From positions 363-64,362 of the IMG/VR virus record IMGVR_UViG_3300013093_000048: a stretch of DNA of 64,000 nt. One strand, given 5' to 3'. The translations under genes were made by a program, and so were the position numbers. Of this stretch, positions 34,922 through 44,014 are shown in pieces (positions within the stretch are counted from its first letter, which is position 1; each line of letters opens with the position of its first letter). Origin of the DNA: a virus. Its lineage: Duplodnaviria; Caudoviricetes. The notes beneath the pieces were generated by a model. That model did not search any database. It was given only the letters and a program-made list of their open reading frames with translations, and had not been told where the DNA came from.

Positions 34922-35135
34922 AACATTTAAAGCAGTAGAAAGTATTTTAAAAGACTGCATGGATGAAGAGTCTAATGCCTGTGCTATTGTGGTTGGCTAT
35001 GACTACGAGACGCAGATGGTTAGGATTTATGGAATTAACATTGAAGAATGGGAAGTCCCTGATCTGTTACACGATGCGGCAGTAACTACTGGCTATTATG
35101 TTGACCAACATATGGCAAACCGAACTCTTAATTAA
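34908..35135 (+). CDS. Hypothetical protein
   Basis: 75 aa, coupled. Confidence 0.65.
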   Translation: MDQNETFKAVESILKDCMDEESNACAIVVGYDYETQMVRIYGINIEEWEVPDLLHDAAVTTGYYVDQHMANRTLN

Positions 35136-35143
35136 GGACAGCT

Positions 35144-35341
35144 ATGGATACTGGGATGACGCTAGAAGAAATTGCAATTGCATTGGGTGTAACTAGAGAA
35201 CGAGTAAGGCAAATCGAAAAGAAAGCTTTATATAAAATACAAAAGGAACTGCGTAATCGAGGTATCACAAAGTACTCTGACATAAGCATTGAACAAGTAG
35301 TATCAGAAGTAATACGAAGCGGGTCACGACCCAAAGAATAA
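35144..35341 (+). CDS. Stand-alone sigma-70 region 4 HTH protein
   Basis: MTLEEIAIALGVTRERVRQIEKKALYKI, close to RpoD region 4.2. Confidence 0.85.
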   Translation: MDTGMTLEEIAIALGVTRERVRQIEKKALYKIQKELRNRGITKYSDISIEQVVSEVIRSGSRPKE

Positions 35342-35355
35342 CCAAAGGAGGATGT

Positions 35356-35529
35356 ATGAGTAATAACCACAAGAAAGTAATCGAAGAAAACAAATCAGAC
35401 CCGATCAAATGGGCACAACCACGAACACCTAACCCACATACTGTATACAAACCAACGGCGCACCCGCGCGAACGCGATTTAGAAACCTATCGAAATACCC
35501 CAAGCTTGGTAACTGGAGGTCGTGTATGA
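35356..35529 (+). CDS. Hypothetical protein, 57 aa (not in ORF track)
   Basis: RBS AAGGAGG; ATGA overlap with the next gene. Confidence 0.7.
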   Translation: MSNNHKKVIEENKSDPIKWAQPRTPNPHTVYKPTAHPRERDLETYRNTPSLVTGGRV

Positions 35530-35729
35530 GAGTTCCATACGATACAGGCAAAGTTAAAATCGGCAGTAACTACAACCCCGACCTGCGCCCAGCTATTGAT
35601 GCTGATATGGAGCTATTACAAACGGCATTCATAGGGGACATACCAGCCATTAAACGCCAGCGAGCGGCATGGGCTATTTATATTAGTACGGTCATCTTAA
35701 TCGTATTCGGCGTATTTTTATTTAACTAA
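35526..35729 (+). CDS. Small protein with C-terminal transmembrane helix
   Basis: PYDTGKVKIG; hydrophobic C-terminus. Confidence 0.7.
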   Translation: MRVPYDTGKVKIGSNYNPDLRPAIDADMELLQTAFIGDIPAIKRQRAAWAIYISTVILIVFGVFLFN

Positions 35730-35737
35730 GGAAACAA

Positions 35738-37726
35738 ATGTCAAGCAAACCATTCGACCGCATACTGGTCGTGGATTTTGAAACAAGATGGGACAGGGCT
35801 AATTACACCCTTTCCAAAATGACTACGGAGGAATACATACGCGATGATAGATTTAAAGCGTTTGGTATTGGCTGGAAAGAATACGGTGGCGAACAGATGC
35901 ATTGGGTCACTCACGATAATCTGCCTTCATGGGTGGATGACATTGATTGGAGTAGGACGGCGGTGCTTGCGCACAATGCCCAGTTTGATGTGGCGATTCT
36001 GTCGTGGATTTATGGGGCGCGTCCTGCTTTTATTTTTGACTCTCTATCTATGGCTCGCGCTCTTAGGGGCGTCGAAGTCGGGAACAGCCTCGCAAAGCTT
36101 GCAGAATACTACGAGCTCCCACCAAAAGGCAACGCAGTCTACTCTACCGACGGCTTGGAAGAGCTACCGCTAAACATAGAAGAAGAGCTTGCGGAATACT
36201 GTCTTCATGATGTTTACTTATGTGAAGCGGTATTTAATTGTTTGAACGAAGAACTAGAAGGGGGATTCCCAAAGGGTGAGCTAAAGCTTATTGACCTCAC
36301 ACTAAAGATGTTCATCAACCCTGTTCTTGAACTTGATAAGGAGATGTTAGATGAAGCCATTGCTGATGAGCGTGCCAAGCGCGAAGCGATCCTTGAAAAA
36401 GTTAACGTTGATGAAACGGCGTTGGCTAGTAACGATCAGTTTGCTGAAGTGCTTGTATCATTGGGGGTATCCCCACCAAGAAAAATTAGCAAAACTACTG
36501 GTAAAGAAACTTACGCGTTCGCTAAAACAGACGCCCTCTTCCAAGCGTTGCTTAATTCAAACAATGAGGACATATCGCTTATATGCGAAGCGCGCCTTAA
36601 AGTTAAGTCGACACTTGAGCGCACACGAGCGCAGAGGTTCGTGGATATTTCAGAACGAGGTACGCTACCTGTCCCGCTCAATTACTACGGAGCCCACACG
36701 GGTCGTTGGTCTGCGTCAAAGGGTTCGGGGCTTAATCTTCAGAACCTCAAGCGGGGCTCTTTCTTACGCAAAGCTATTCAAGCTCCGAAAGGTTATACCC
36801 TCGTGGTCTGCGATCTATCCCAAATCGAACCTCGCGTTCTCGCGTATCTCGCGGACTATGATGCCCTCCTTGGTATCTTCTCCTCGGGTAAGGATGCGTA
36901 TGCGGCGTTCGGTGCGCAGATGTTCGGTATCCCGAACCTCACAAAAGAATCGCACCCTGATCTTCGCCAGTCAGCTAAGTCAGCTCTCTTAGGTTGTGGC
37001 TATGGTATGGGTTGGGCTAGCTTTGCGGCTCAGTTATTGACTGGATTCCTTGGCGCTCCACCTACTATGTACGATAAAGCATTCGCTAAACAGCTTGGTG
37101 TTACTGGGCAGGACATCGAAAACTTTATTGGTTGGGAAAAGAACCTTGAGAAGATGGCAGAGATACCGCACACCTGCACAAAGGATGAGCTACTGATTCA
37201 TTGTGTATCAGCCAAAAAGATTATTGATATCTACCGCAACACATCGCAGGATGTTGTTGCTTTTTGGCAGTTGTGTAATGACTCTATCCTATCGTGCTTA
37301 TCTAGGGGTAATGAATTTGAGTATAAGTGCATTAAGTTTAGGAAAGAGGGTATTGAACTACCTAATGGCTTGGCTATCCGTTACCCCAACCTTGAAGGAC
37401 ACTCTGATAACAAGGGTAGAATCCAATGGCAGTATGGGGGCGACGACAAGAACAAACCTAAGCGGTTATATGGTGGTAAAATTGTAGAAAATATTGTGCA
37501 AGCAGTAGCACGATGTGTTATGACGGATGGTATGTTACGAATACAAAAGAAGTATCCGTGTGTATTAACCGTGCATGATGAAGTTGTAGTACTAGTCCCC
37601 GAGTCAGAAGCCGAAGAAGCTGAAACTTGGGTACACGCGCAGATGGTAGCAGATCCTAAATATATGTCAGGAATTCCTCTTGACGCTGAGACTGGCTGTG
37701 CCAAACGATATGGAGAAGCGAAGTGA
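35738..37726 (+). CDS. polA: Family A DNA polymerase with 3'-5' exonuclease domain
   Basis: ExoI DFET, ExoII HNAQFD, motif A DLSQIE, motif B RQSAKSALLGCGYG (Leu at the 762-equivalent site), motif C VHDE. Confidence 0.95.
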   Translation: MSSKPFDRILVVDFETRWDRANYTLSKMTTEEYIRDDRFKAFGIGWKEYGGEQMHWVTHDNLPSWVDDIDWSRTAVLAHNAQFDVAILSWIYGARPAFIFDSLSMARALRGVEVGNSLAKLAEYYELPPKGNAVYSTDGLEELPLNIEEELAEYCLHDVYLCEAVFNCLNEELEGGFPKGELKLIDLTLKMFINPVLELDKEMLDEAIADERAKREAILEKVNVDETALASNDQFAEVLVSLGVSPPRKISKTTGKETYAFAKTDALFQALLNSNNEDISLICEARLKVKSTLERTRAQRFVDISERGTLPVPLNYYGAHTGRWSASKGSGLNLQNLKRGSFLRKAIQAPKGYTLVVCDLSQIEPRVLAYLADYDALLGIFSSGKDAYAAFGAQMFGIPNLTKESHPDLRQSAKSALLGCGYGMGWASFAAQLLTGFLGAPPTMYDKAFAKQLGVTGQDIENFIGWEKNLEKMAEIPHTCTKDELLIHCVSAKKIIDIYRNTSQDVVAFWQLCNDSILSCLSRGNEFEYKCIKFRKEGIELPNGLAIRYPNLEGHSDNKGRIQWQYGGDDKNKPKRLYGGKIVENIVQAVARCVMTDGMLRIQKKYPCVLTVHDEVVVLVPESEAEEAETWVHAQMVADPKYMSGIPLDAETGCAKRYGEAK

Positions 37727-38019
37727 CCAATAAATATGCAACACCAACAGCAATAACAATCGGTAAGCGCAAGATCAAAGTAGAGTTGTGCGATCAAGTG
37801 TTTGTCGGTACTGAAGAATGCCGCGGCGCATTTGATTATGAAGCAGGTCGTATTGCCGTCGCTAAACAAGCGGCAACGCGTCAGCATAATACTTTATGGC
37901 ATGAGATTGTTCATGCTATTTTGTACGACATGGGTGAGTCCAAGCTTAACCACCGCGAGTCATTCGTTAGTGGGTTTGCCGACCGCCTTGAACAAGCCAT
38001 ACGAACAGCGAAATTCTAA
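37723..38019 (+). CDS. HExxH metallopeptidase-like protein
   Basis: TLWHEIVHAI...E. Confidence 0.7.
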   Translation: MTNKYATPTAITIGKRKIKVELCDQVFVGTEECRGAFDYEAGRIAVAKQAATRQHNTLWHEIVHAILYDMGESKLNHRESFVSGFADRLEQAIRTAKF

Positions 38020-38687
38020 TGACACCAATTAAGTGGAGCCATTCAGGGCTCAAAGATTACGAAGGATGCGCACGTCGTTACCATGAAGTCAAGGTACTTA
38101 AAAACTACCCCTTCACCGATACCGTCCACACTATCTATGGTAAACAGGTACATGAATCAGCAGAGTTTTATATCAGGGACGGTAAGCAATTACCCCCTGA
38201 GCATGAGTTCATGAAGCCTATCTTGGATAGCCTGCTTAAGAAAGAAGGGCGTAAGCTTGCCGAGTATGAGATGGGGGTTAGGGAAGACCTATCCCCTTGT
38301 GACTTCAAGGCAGATGATGTTTGGGTACGCGGTATTGCCGATCTACTTATCATTGATGACGATGGCTTAAAGGCTTGGGTCATTGACTATAAGACAGGCA
38401 ATGACAAGTACCCCGACAAAGACCAGCTAATTTTAATGTCTTTGATGGTGTTTGCCCACTTCCCCCACATACGGCAGGTTAATTCAGCCCTGTTATTTGT
38501 GGTAAAAGGTAGCGCAGTTAAGCACAAAATGACCCTAGACGAGGTAGAATTTCATTGGTGGAGGTATAGAGAACGGGTTGCCAAGCTCGCCGCTAGCCAC
38601 TCCAATGATGTTTGGAATCCGAATAGCACCCCGTTATGTGGTTGGTGCGCAGTAAAGTCGTGCGAGTTTAACACTAAAAGAAGATAG
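38019..38687 (+). CDS. PD-(D/E)xK / Cas4-like exonuclease
   Basis: WSHS, C, GIAD, IDYKTG, QL, LCGWC...C. Confidence 0.85.
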   Translation: MTPIKWSHSGLKDYEGCARRYHEVKVLKNYPFTDTVHTIYGKQVHESAEFYIRDGKQLPPEHEFMKPILDSLLKKEGRKLAEYEMGVREDLSPCDFKADDVWVRGIADLLIIDDDGLKAWVIDYKTGNDKYPDKDQLILMSLMVFAHFPHIRQVNSALLFVVKGSAVKHKMTLDEVEFHWWRYRERVAKLAASHSNDVWNPNSTPLCGWCAVKSCEFNTKRR

Positions 38688-38695
38688 GAAATAAT

Positions 38696-39184
38696 ATGCC
38701 GCGTTGGGCGACTCCTCAAACTTTCAAACGAAAAAACTGCGCCGTGTGTAAGACAGAGTTTTTGCCTAGATCGGGGGTGCATAAGTTTTGTTCTACGTCT
38801 TGTAAAGGCAAGTGGAAGTACATAACTGGAACAGAAAGTACAGAAAACCAGTACAACAAGATAAGTGGTAATTGGAGAAGGTACGCCTCTAGACTTTTGT
38901 ACTACGGAGGTCGAAAAAGGGATGCACTTAGCGTCGAGATTGTGCTTGCGCAACTAGAAAAACAAAATTTTAAATGCGCGCTTACAGGCAGAGATTTGAC
39001 CTGCTATCTAGAAAAAGGAAAAGTAACAAAAACTAACGCATCTATTGATAGAATAGTTGCTGGCGGAAGTTATACGGCGGATAATATACAGCTAGTATGT
39101 AGAGCAGTAAATGGTTTTAGAAGTAATACCTCAGTTGAGGAGTTCATTGATTGGTGCAAAGCGGTAGCGGAGCACAATAGATAA
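38696..39184 (+). CDS. Zinc-finger HNH-like endonuclease
   Basis: CAVC..FCSTSC; CALTG, SIDRI, YTADNIQLVC..VN. Confidence 0.75.
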   Translation: MPRWATPQTFKRKNCAVCKTEFLPRSGVHKFCSTSCKGKWKYITGTESTENQYNKISGNWRRYASRLLYYGGRKRDALSVEIVLAQLEKQNFKCALTGRDLTCYLEKGKVTKTNASIDRIVAGGSYTADNIQLVCRAVNGFRSNTSVEEFIDWCKAVAEHNR

Positions 39185-39193
39185 GGAGTAGTT

Positions 39194-39451
39194 ATGGTTT
39201 ACAAAAGAGATTTTCGTGCCGAGTACCTAGCGTACGACGGCACAGAAAAAGTAAAAAAGAAACGCGCCCAACGCAATAAAGCAAGACGTATGCTTGAGCG
39301 GGAAGGTGTAGTTAGTAAAGGTGACGGCAAGGATGTAGATCATACCAAGCCGTTGAGTAAAGGCGGTAAGACGGTGCGAAGCAACCTCAGAGCAAAGAGT
39401 GCTAGCGCCAATAGAAGTTTTCCAAGAAAGTCAGATGGCTCTATCAAATAA
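39194..39451 (+). CDS. Small HNH protein
   Basis: GDGKDVDHTKPLSKGG..SNLR....NR. Confidence 0.8.
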   Translation: MVYKRDFRAEYLAYDGTEKVKKKRAQRNKARRMLEREGVVSKGDGKDVDHTKPLSKGGKTVRSNLRAKSASANRSFPRKSDGSIK

Positions 39452-39457
39452 GGAGGA

Positions 39458-39910
39458 ATGATGCCAAACGAAGGAGCGGGAACAGAATATAGCTGGTTCT
39501 CAGATGATACGGTATTAGTAGTTAAAGAAAAAGACGGTTCATTTACTGCAACACCATTAGAAGGTATTGGTGATGTTAATAGTACTGTTAAAGGTTCGGG
39601 TGCTAGATATAACAGCAACAAACCTAACATGAGTTTGATACCCTTGTGGACTTTAGAAGATGAAGCTAGGGTGTGGGACTACGGCACTAAAAAATACAAT
39701 GCATGGAACTGGGCTAAAGGAATGCCTTGGTCTGTGCCTTATGCTTGTGCTATGCGACACTTAGCTGCGTGGCAACGCGGAGAAGAGATAGATCCTGAGT
39801 CAGGTCAACCGCACTTAGCACATGTGATGTGTAATATCCGCATGCTAACTTTGTATGCAAAAACATACCCCGAGGGGGACGACCGCCCACCAAAGGAGTA
39901 CATGGAATGA
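39458..39910 (+). CDS. dATP/dGTP diphosphohydrolase-domain protein (DUF5664-like)
   Basis: KPNMSLIP, GTKKY..WNWAKG, AMRH, DPESGQPHLAH. Confidence 0.85.
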   Translation: MMPNEGAGTEYSWFSDDTVLVVKEKDGSFTATPLEGIGDVNSTVKGSGARYNSNKPNMSLIPLWTLEDEARVWDYGTKKYNAWNWAKGMPWSVPYACAMRHLAAWQRGEEIDPESGQPHLAHVMCNIRMLTLYAKTYPEGDDRPPKEYME

Positions 39911-40026
39911 GCTTTGAAATCGTGCAGCATGATGGCATGAAAGTTATTCAATGGTTCTTTAATACAGATGAGCTTATTAAAGCAATGCTTAATAACCCGA
40001 AGGACAGGTACTGGAGAATAGGGTGA
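39907..40026 (+). CDS. Hypothetical protein, 39 aa (not in ORF track)
   Basis: MSFEIVQHDGMKVIQWFF...; overlaps on both sides. Confidence 0.65.
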   Translation: MSFEIVQHDGMKVIQWFFNTDELIKAMLNNPKDRYWRIG

Positions 40027-40250
40027 AGCACGACGTACCAACCAACATAGTAGATAGTGGAGCAAGTGATATGAGAGATGGCGGTAAAGGCGACACACCT
40101 CGCCCATTAGGTGTACCCATGGAAACGTTTGATAGAAACTTTGAAGCAATCTTTGGGAAGAAAAAACAAACAACATTAAAAGATTACATCGACCAAAAAG
40201 AAGAGAGAAACGAAGATGGAAATAATAGAGAACAAGGCTCTAGTATTTAG
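40023..40250 (+). CDS. Small phage protein (GKGDTPRP...NFEAIFG)
   Basis: Alternative ATG at 40071 has a GGAG RBS. Confidence 0.65.
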   Translation: MKHDVPTNIVDSGASDMRDGGKGDTPRPLGVPMETFDRNFEAIFGKKKQTTLKDYIDQKEERNEDGNNREQGSSI

Positions 40251-41778
40251 GACACGCGACCCCGATAAGTACAGCATTATTCCCCGCAGTAAAGTAGTTG
40301 GAGAAAATAATGGTGTCTACGAGATGGCAGTGTTTTGGGGTTTAGAAGAAGTAAGAGTATTAAGAAACTTAGGAGTAAAAGATTTAGCATCACCGATAAC
40401 GGCACGTTATGAATGGCCGGGTCGACACAAACCTTTTGCACACCAAATTGAAACAGCTTCTTTCCTAACGCTTAATCCCAAAGCGTTTGTATTTAATGAC
40501 CCAGGGACTGGTAAGACGCTGAGCGCTTTATGGGCAGCAGACTACTTAATGCGGCTAAAGAAAGTAAGACGTTGTTTAATTTTGTGCCCGTTGTCAATCA
40601 TGCATGACGCTTGGATGAGTGGTATATCTAATAGCGTTATTCACAGGTCTGCAATTGTGGCGCACCATTCTCAAGCTAGTCGGCGTATCGAGATGGTTCA
40701 GGGTGACTATGAGTTTGTGATTGTTAACTACGACGGATTAAATTTAATCGCTGAAGAAGTTGCACGCGATGGGCGGTTTGACTTGGTCATAGTAGACGAA
40801 GCTAACGCTTATAAAAACTCATCAACTAAACGATGGAAGTCGCTTAACAAAATCGTTCGTCCTGATTCACTACTATGGATGATGACTGGTACTCCTTCAG
40901 CTCAGTCCCCTATTGATGCGTATGGTTTAGCTAAGCTGGTTAATCCGACTGGCGTTCCTAAGTTTGCCACTGCATGGCGTGACAAGGTGATGAAGAAGCT
41001 CACGCAGTTTAAGTGGGTTCCTAAGAGCGGTGCGGCTGAGGCTGTATTTGCGGCATTGCAACCAGCCATTAGGTTTACTAAAGAAGAGTGTACCGACTTA
41101 CCGCCTGTGCTTACTGAGACTCGCGAGATACCACTAACACCCCAGCAGGTCAAGTACTATAAGCTTCTCAAGGAGCGCATGGTTATGCAGGCTTCGGGTG
41201 AAACAATCACGGCAGTTAATGCCGCGGCTGGCGTATCTAAGTTGCTACAAATTTCAGCAGGTGCCGCATATACGGATGCCCATGAGGTTGTTGAATTTGA
41301 TTGCGCCCCACGACTAAACGTCCTGCTAGAAGTGTTGCAAGAAACCAACAGAAAAGTTATTATTTTTGCACCATTTAGGCACAGCATTGAAACCATCCAC
41401 GAGTTCCTCCTCAAGCACAATGTGGGCGCAGAGGTTATTCATGGCGATGTGTCGGTTAATAAGCGTACCGATATCTTTAAGCGGTTTCAAACAGAACCAA
41501 ACCCGCGTATACTAGTAGTTCAACCTCAATCAGCATCTCATGGGGTTACGCTTACAGCCGCGGATACGGTAGTATTTTATGGTCCCGTTATGTCTGTAGA
41601 GACTTACCTACAGTGCATTGCTAGAGCAGATCGTATTGGACAGACAGGTACGAATGTTACTGTGATACACTTACAAGGTAGCGATATAGAAAAGCGGATG
41701 TTTGCGCAACTAGAGAAGCGTGTAGAAGGTCACGACATTCTGCTCAATCTGTATAAGGAGGAGATTGGCGAAAAATAA
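40216..41778 (+). CDS. SNF2-like superfamily 2 helicase
   Basis: PGTGKT, VIVDEA, MTGTP, HGVTLT, QCIARADRIGQ. Confidence 0.92.
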   Translation: MEIIENKALVFRTRDPDKYSIIPRSKVVGENNGVYEMAVFWGLEEVRVLRNLGVKDLASPITARYEWPGRHKPFAHQIETASFLTLNPKAFVFNDPGTGKTLSALWAADYLMRLKKVRRCLILCPLSIMHDAWMSGISNSVIHRSAIVAHHSQASRRIEMVQGDYEFVIVNYDGLNLIAEEVARDGRFDLVIVDEANAYKNSSTKRWKSLNKIVRPDSLLWMMTGTPSAQSPIDAYGLAKLVNPTGVPKFATAWRDKVMKKLTQFKWVPKSGAAEAVFAALQPAIRFTKEECTDLPPVLTETREIPLTPQQVKYYKLLKERMVMQASGETITAVNAAAGVSKLLQISAGAAYTDAHEVVEFDCAPRLNVLLEVLQETNRKVIIFAPFRHSIETIHEFLLKHNVGAEVIHGDVSVNKRTDIFKRFQTEPNPRILVVQPQSASHGVTLTAADTVVFYGPVMSVETYLQCIARADRIGQTGTNVTVIHLQGSDIEKRMFAQLEKRVEGHDILLNLYKEEIGEK

Positions 41779-41792
41779 AACCCTGTATTGGG

Positions 41793-41821
41793 TTGTACAA
41801 CTGTCTGCATTGATGTATAAT
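41793..41821 (+). promoter_or_regulatory. Sigma70 promoter TTGTAC-N17-TATAAT
   Basis: Intergenic, 20 nt upstream of 41841. Confidence 0.75.
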
Positions 41822-41840
41822 TATTGACAAAGGAGGAAGT

Positions 41841-42245
41841 ATGTCAGACGAAGCAATTCCGCTAGACAAGCTAGCAAAAATATATCGCAAGATATACGCA
41901 AAGACTAACGAGCTAACCACGCAGTATGAAACACAGCTCGAAGAACTTAAAGCACAACAGGAAGAAATCAAGAATGCCATGAAGGATCAGATGGTGGCAC
42001 TTGGTCTTCAGTCTGTAAAAACAGATGAAGGCACAATCATCCTGTCACAGAAAACACGCTATTACACAGATGACTGGGATTCATTCAAGACGTTTGTGGT
42101 AGAGAACGATGCGCTCGATTTGTTTGAGAAGCGCATTGCTCAGAAAAATATGGCGATGTTCTTAGAGGAAAACCCTGGCGTTGTACCTATGGGGTTAAAC
42201 TCTATGTCCGAAGTTTCAGTATCAGTACGTAAACCAACCAAATAA
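41841..42245 (+). CDS. Coiled-coil protein of the replication module
   Basis: 134 aa; SVKTDEGT, DWDSF, LFEKRI. Confidence 0.7.
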   Translation: MSDEAIPLDKLAKIYRKIYAKTNELTTQYETQLEELKAQQEEIKNAMKDQMVALGLQSVKTDEGTIILSQKTRYYTDDWDSFKTFVVENDALDLFEKRIAQKNMAMFLEENPGVVPMGLNSMSEVSVSVRKPTK

Positions 42246-42255
42246 GGAGAAGTAA

Positions 42256-42480
42256 ATGAATGCACCACTAACACCCGAAGAGCAAGCCGTACAACAAGCG
42301 GCTCGGAATATTATGCTCGAACTTGACCTACGCAGAATGGCATTAGATACCGCCGCAAAAAGCATGTACGAAGGTAGCGCCTTTGAGGTTACAGAAACAG
42401 CAGCAGTATTCTTACAATTTTTACAAACAGGTGCGGCAGTTGCCAAACCAACTAGTACAGGAGCAGTAACAAATGAGTAA
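42256..42480 (+). CDS. Hypothetical protein
   Basis: 74 aa, RBS AAGGAG. Confidence 0.7.
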   Translation: MNAPLTPEEQAVQQAARNIMLELDLRRMALDTAAKSMYEGSAFEVTETAAVFLQFLQTGAAVAKPTSTGAVTNE

Positions 42481-43363
42481 AGAACTCACAGCATTTAACC
42501 CCTCACAACTTCCATCATTTGCTAAAAATGTAGAACTGTCTGACCTCGCCAAGAGTTTGGCTGGTGGTGGCGGTGGTGGTAACGGCAAGCGTATTTCCAT
42601 TAAAGGCGGTGTATTCCGTTTATTAGCGGGTAGCGAAGAAGTAGCTTCGATTGATGATCGCCATCTTGATGTAGTTGTTGTTCAAGCTGCACCTAAGATC
42701 AGCCGTACATTTTATGCGGGCACATACGAAGAAGGCGCTAGCAAAGGACCTGAGTGCTGGTCAGCAGATGGTGAAACACCTGATAGTTCAGTTAAAGAAC
42801 CACAAGCTAGCAACTGCGCATCATGCCCACAGAATGCCGCTGGGTCTGGTCAAGGTAATTCACGCGCATGCCGTTTCAGTCAGCGCTTAGCAGTTGTATT
42901 GGCTAACGATGTAGGCGGCGATATTATGCAGTTAACTCTATCTGCCACATCAATCTTCGGTAAAGAAGAAGGTGACAAGCGTCCGCTACAGGCGTATGCT
43001 AGATTCCTAGCCGCTCAAAGCATCAGCCCTGAGACTGTTGTTACTCGTTTGCGTTTCGACACTAAAGCTGCTGTGCCTAAGTTATTTTTCCAACCAATGC
43101 GCTGGTTATCCGAAGACGAGTATGAAACAGTTAAGGAAAAGAGCGAGTCTACTGAAGCTAAGCAAGCAGTTGTTATGAGCTTTGGTAGCGGTATCGGTAA
43201 GAAAGCAAAAGCAGCTCCAGCATTAGCGGCGCCAAAGGAAGAAGCCGAGTCATTCGATGAGCCTGAGAAGCGTAAGGTAACCCCTAAACCATCAGCGGTT
43301 CCAAAGAAAAAGACTGGCGACTTAGCTTCTGTTGTTGATGAGTGGGATACTGACGATGAGTAA
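42473..43363 (+). CDS. Probable ssDNA-binding/recombination protein with Cys cluster
   Basis: RISIKGG, CWS, CASCPQN, AC; acidic tail EWDTDDE. Confidence 0.65.
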   Translation: MSKELTAFNPSQLPSFAKNVELSDLAKSLAGGGGGGNGKRISIKGGVFRLLAGSEEVASIDDRHLDVVVVQAAPKISRTFYAGTYEEGASKGPECWSADGETPDSSVKEPQASNCASCPQNAAGSGQGNSRACRFSQRLAVVLANDVGGDIMQLTLSATSIFGKEEGDKRPLQAYARFLAAQSISPETVVTRLRFDTKAAVPKLFFQPMRWLSEDEYETVKEKSESTEAKQAVVMSFGSGIGKKAKAAPALAAPKEEAESFDEPEKRKVTPKPSAVPKKKTGDLASVVDEWDTDDE

Positions 43364-43505
43364 GCTTGCTCTAGCCCTAGGGCTATTCTTGGCGGCATCC
43401 ATTGTTTATGCTGGATGTATGACAAACACTAATATGCAAACAGGACGAATCTGTACTATTTGCTGTGATGGGTCTGGTAACTGTTTTACGACCTGTTCAG
43501 GATAA
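43356..43505 (+). CDS. Secreted 6-Cys miniprotein, 49 aa (not in ORF track)
   Basis: Signal peptide MSKLALALGLFLAASIVYA plus GCMTNTNMQTGRICTICCDGSGNCFTTCSG. Confidence 0.8.
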   Translation: MSKLALALGLFLAASIVYAGCMTNTNMQTGRICTICCDGSGNCFTTCSG

Positions 43506-43595
43506 AGTTTAGGGGAGGCTGACACTATTCAGCTCAAGTACTCGAGGACGAACGACTAAAAAGACTGTCTCCCCACCCACAACAAAGAAAAGAAA

Positions 43596-43862
43596 ATGGC
43601 TTACTCAGAAACAATACGACAGTCCACCGCCAAGGCGGAAAAGACCCTAGGCAATCAGCTAGGTCGATGGGCTATTAAATTGAATTTTCCTGTGATTCAG
43701 ATTTCGCAGTACACAGGAGCAACAAGACAGACGGTTTATAACTGGTTCTCAGGAACCGAAGTTACTCCATCATATAGAACAAGCGTAACCAATCTGTTGC
43801 GCATATTACAAACAAGCAGCACCGTTGAAGAGGCAATGAAAAAATGCAATCAGAAAAAATAA
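43596..43862 (+). CDS. Cro/XRE-like HTH protein
   Basis: ISQYTGATRQTVYNWFSG. Confidence 0.75.
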   Translation: MAYSETIRQSTAKAEKTLGNQLGRWAIKLNFPVIQISQYTGATRQTVYNWFSGTEVTPSYRTSVTNLLRILQTSSTVEEAMKKCNQKK

Positions 43863-43999
43863 ACGAAGCAGTGATTTCCCCACAAGCATTAACCGATAAA
43901 GAACTGATTAGCTTTGCAGAACGCTACCTTGATACTGGCATGCCGTTAAGTTTTCAGAAGGAACTTTTAAAAAGATTCGACAGACGCATTAACGGTTAA
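43844..43999 (+). CDS. Hypothetical protein, 51 aa (not in ORF track)
   Basis: ...PQALTDKELISFAERYL...ELLKRF; fills the gap before the primase. Confidence 0.7.
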   Translation: MQSEKINEAVISPQALTDKELISFAERYLDTGMPLSFQKELLKRFDRRING

Positions 44000-44014
44000 C
44001 CCAAGGAGCATCAT

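Noticed and set aside
35738-37726. Inferring a temperate lifestyle from Leu at the PolA 762-equivalent position
   Set aside because: Only a weak correlate; no integrase or clear repressor locus in the window
38019-38687. Cas4 as part of a CRISPR system
   Set aside because: Sits in the replication module with no array or other cas genes; typical stand-alone phage exonuclease
39458-39910. Z-base or other modified-genome pathway suggested by the dATP/dGTP diphosphohydrolase domain
   Set aside because: No PurZ or deazaguanine pathway genes visible in the window; the domain alone is not diagnostic
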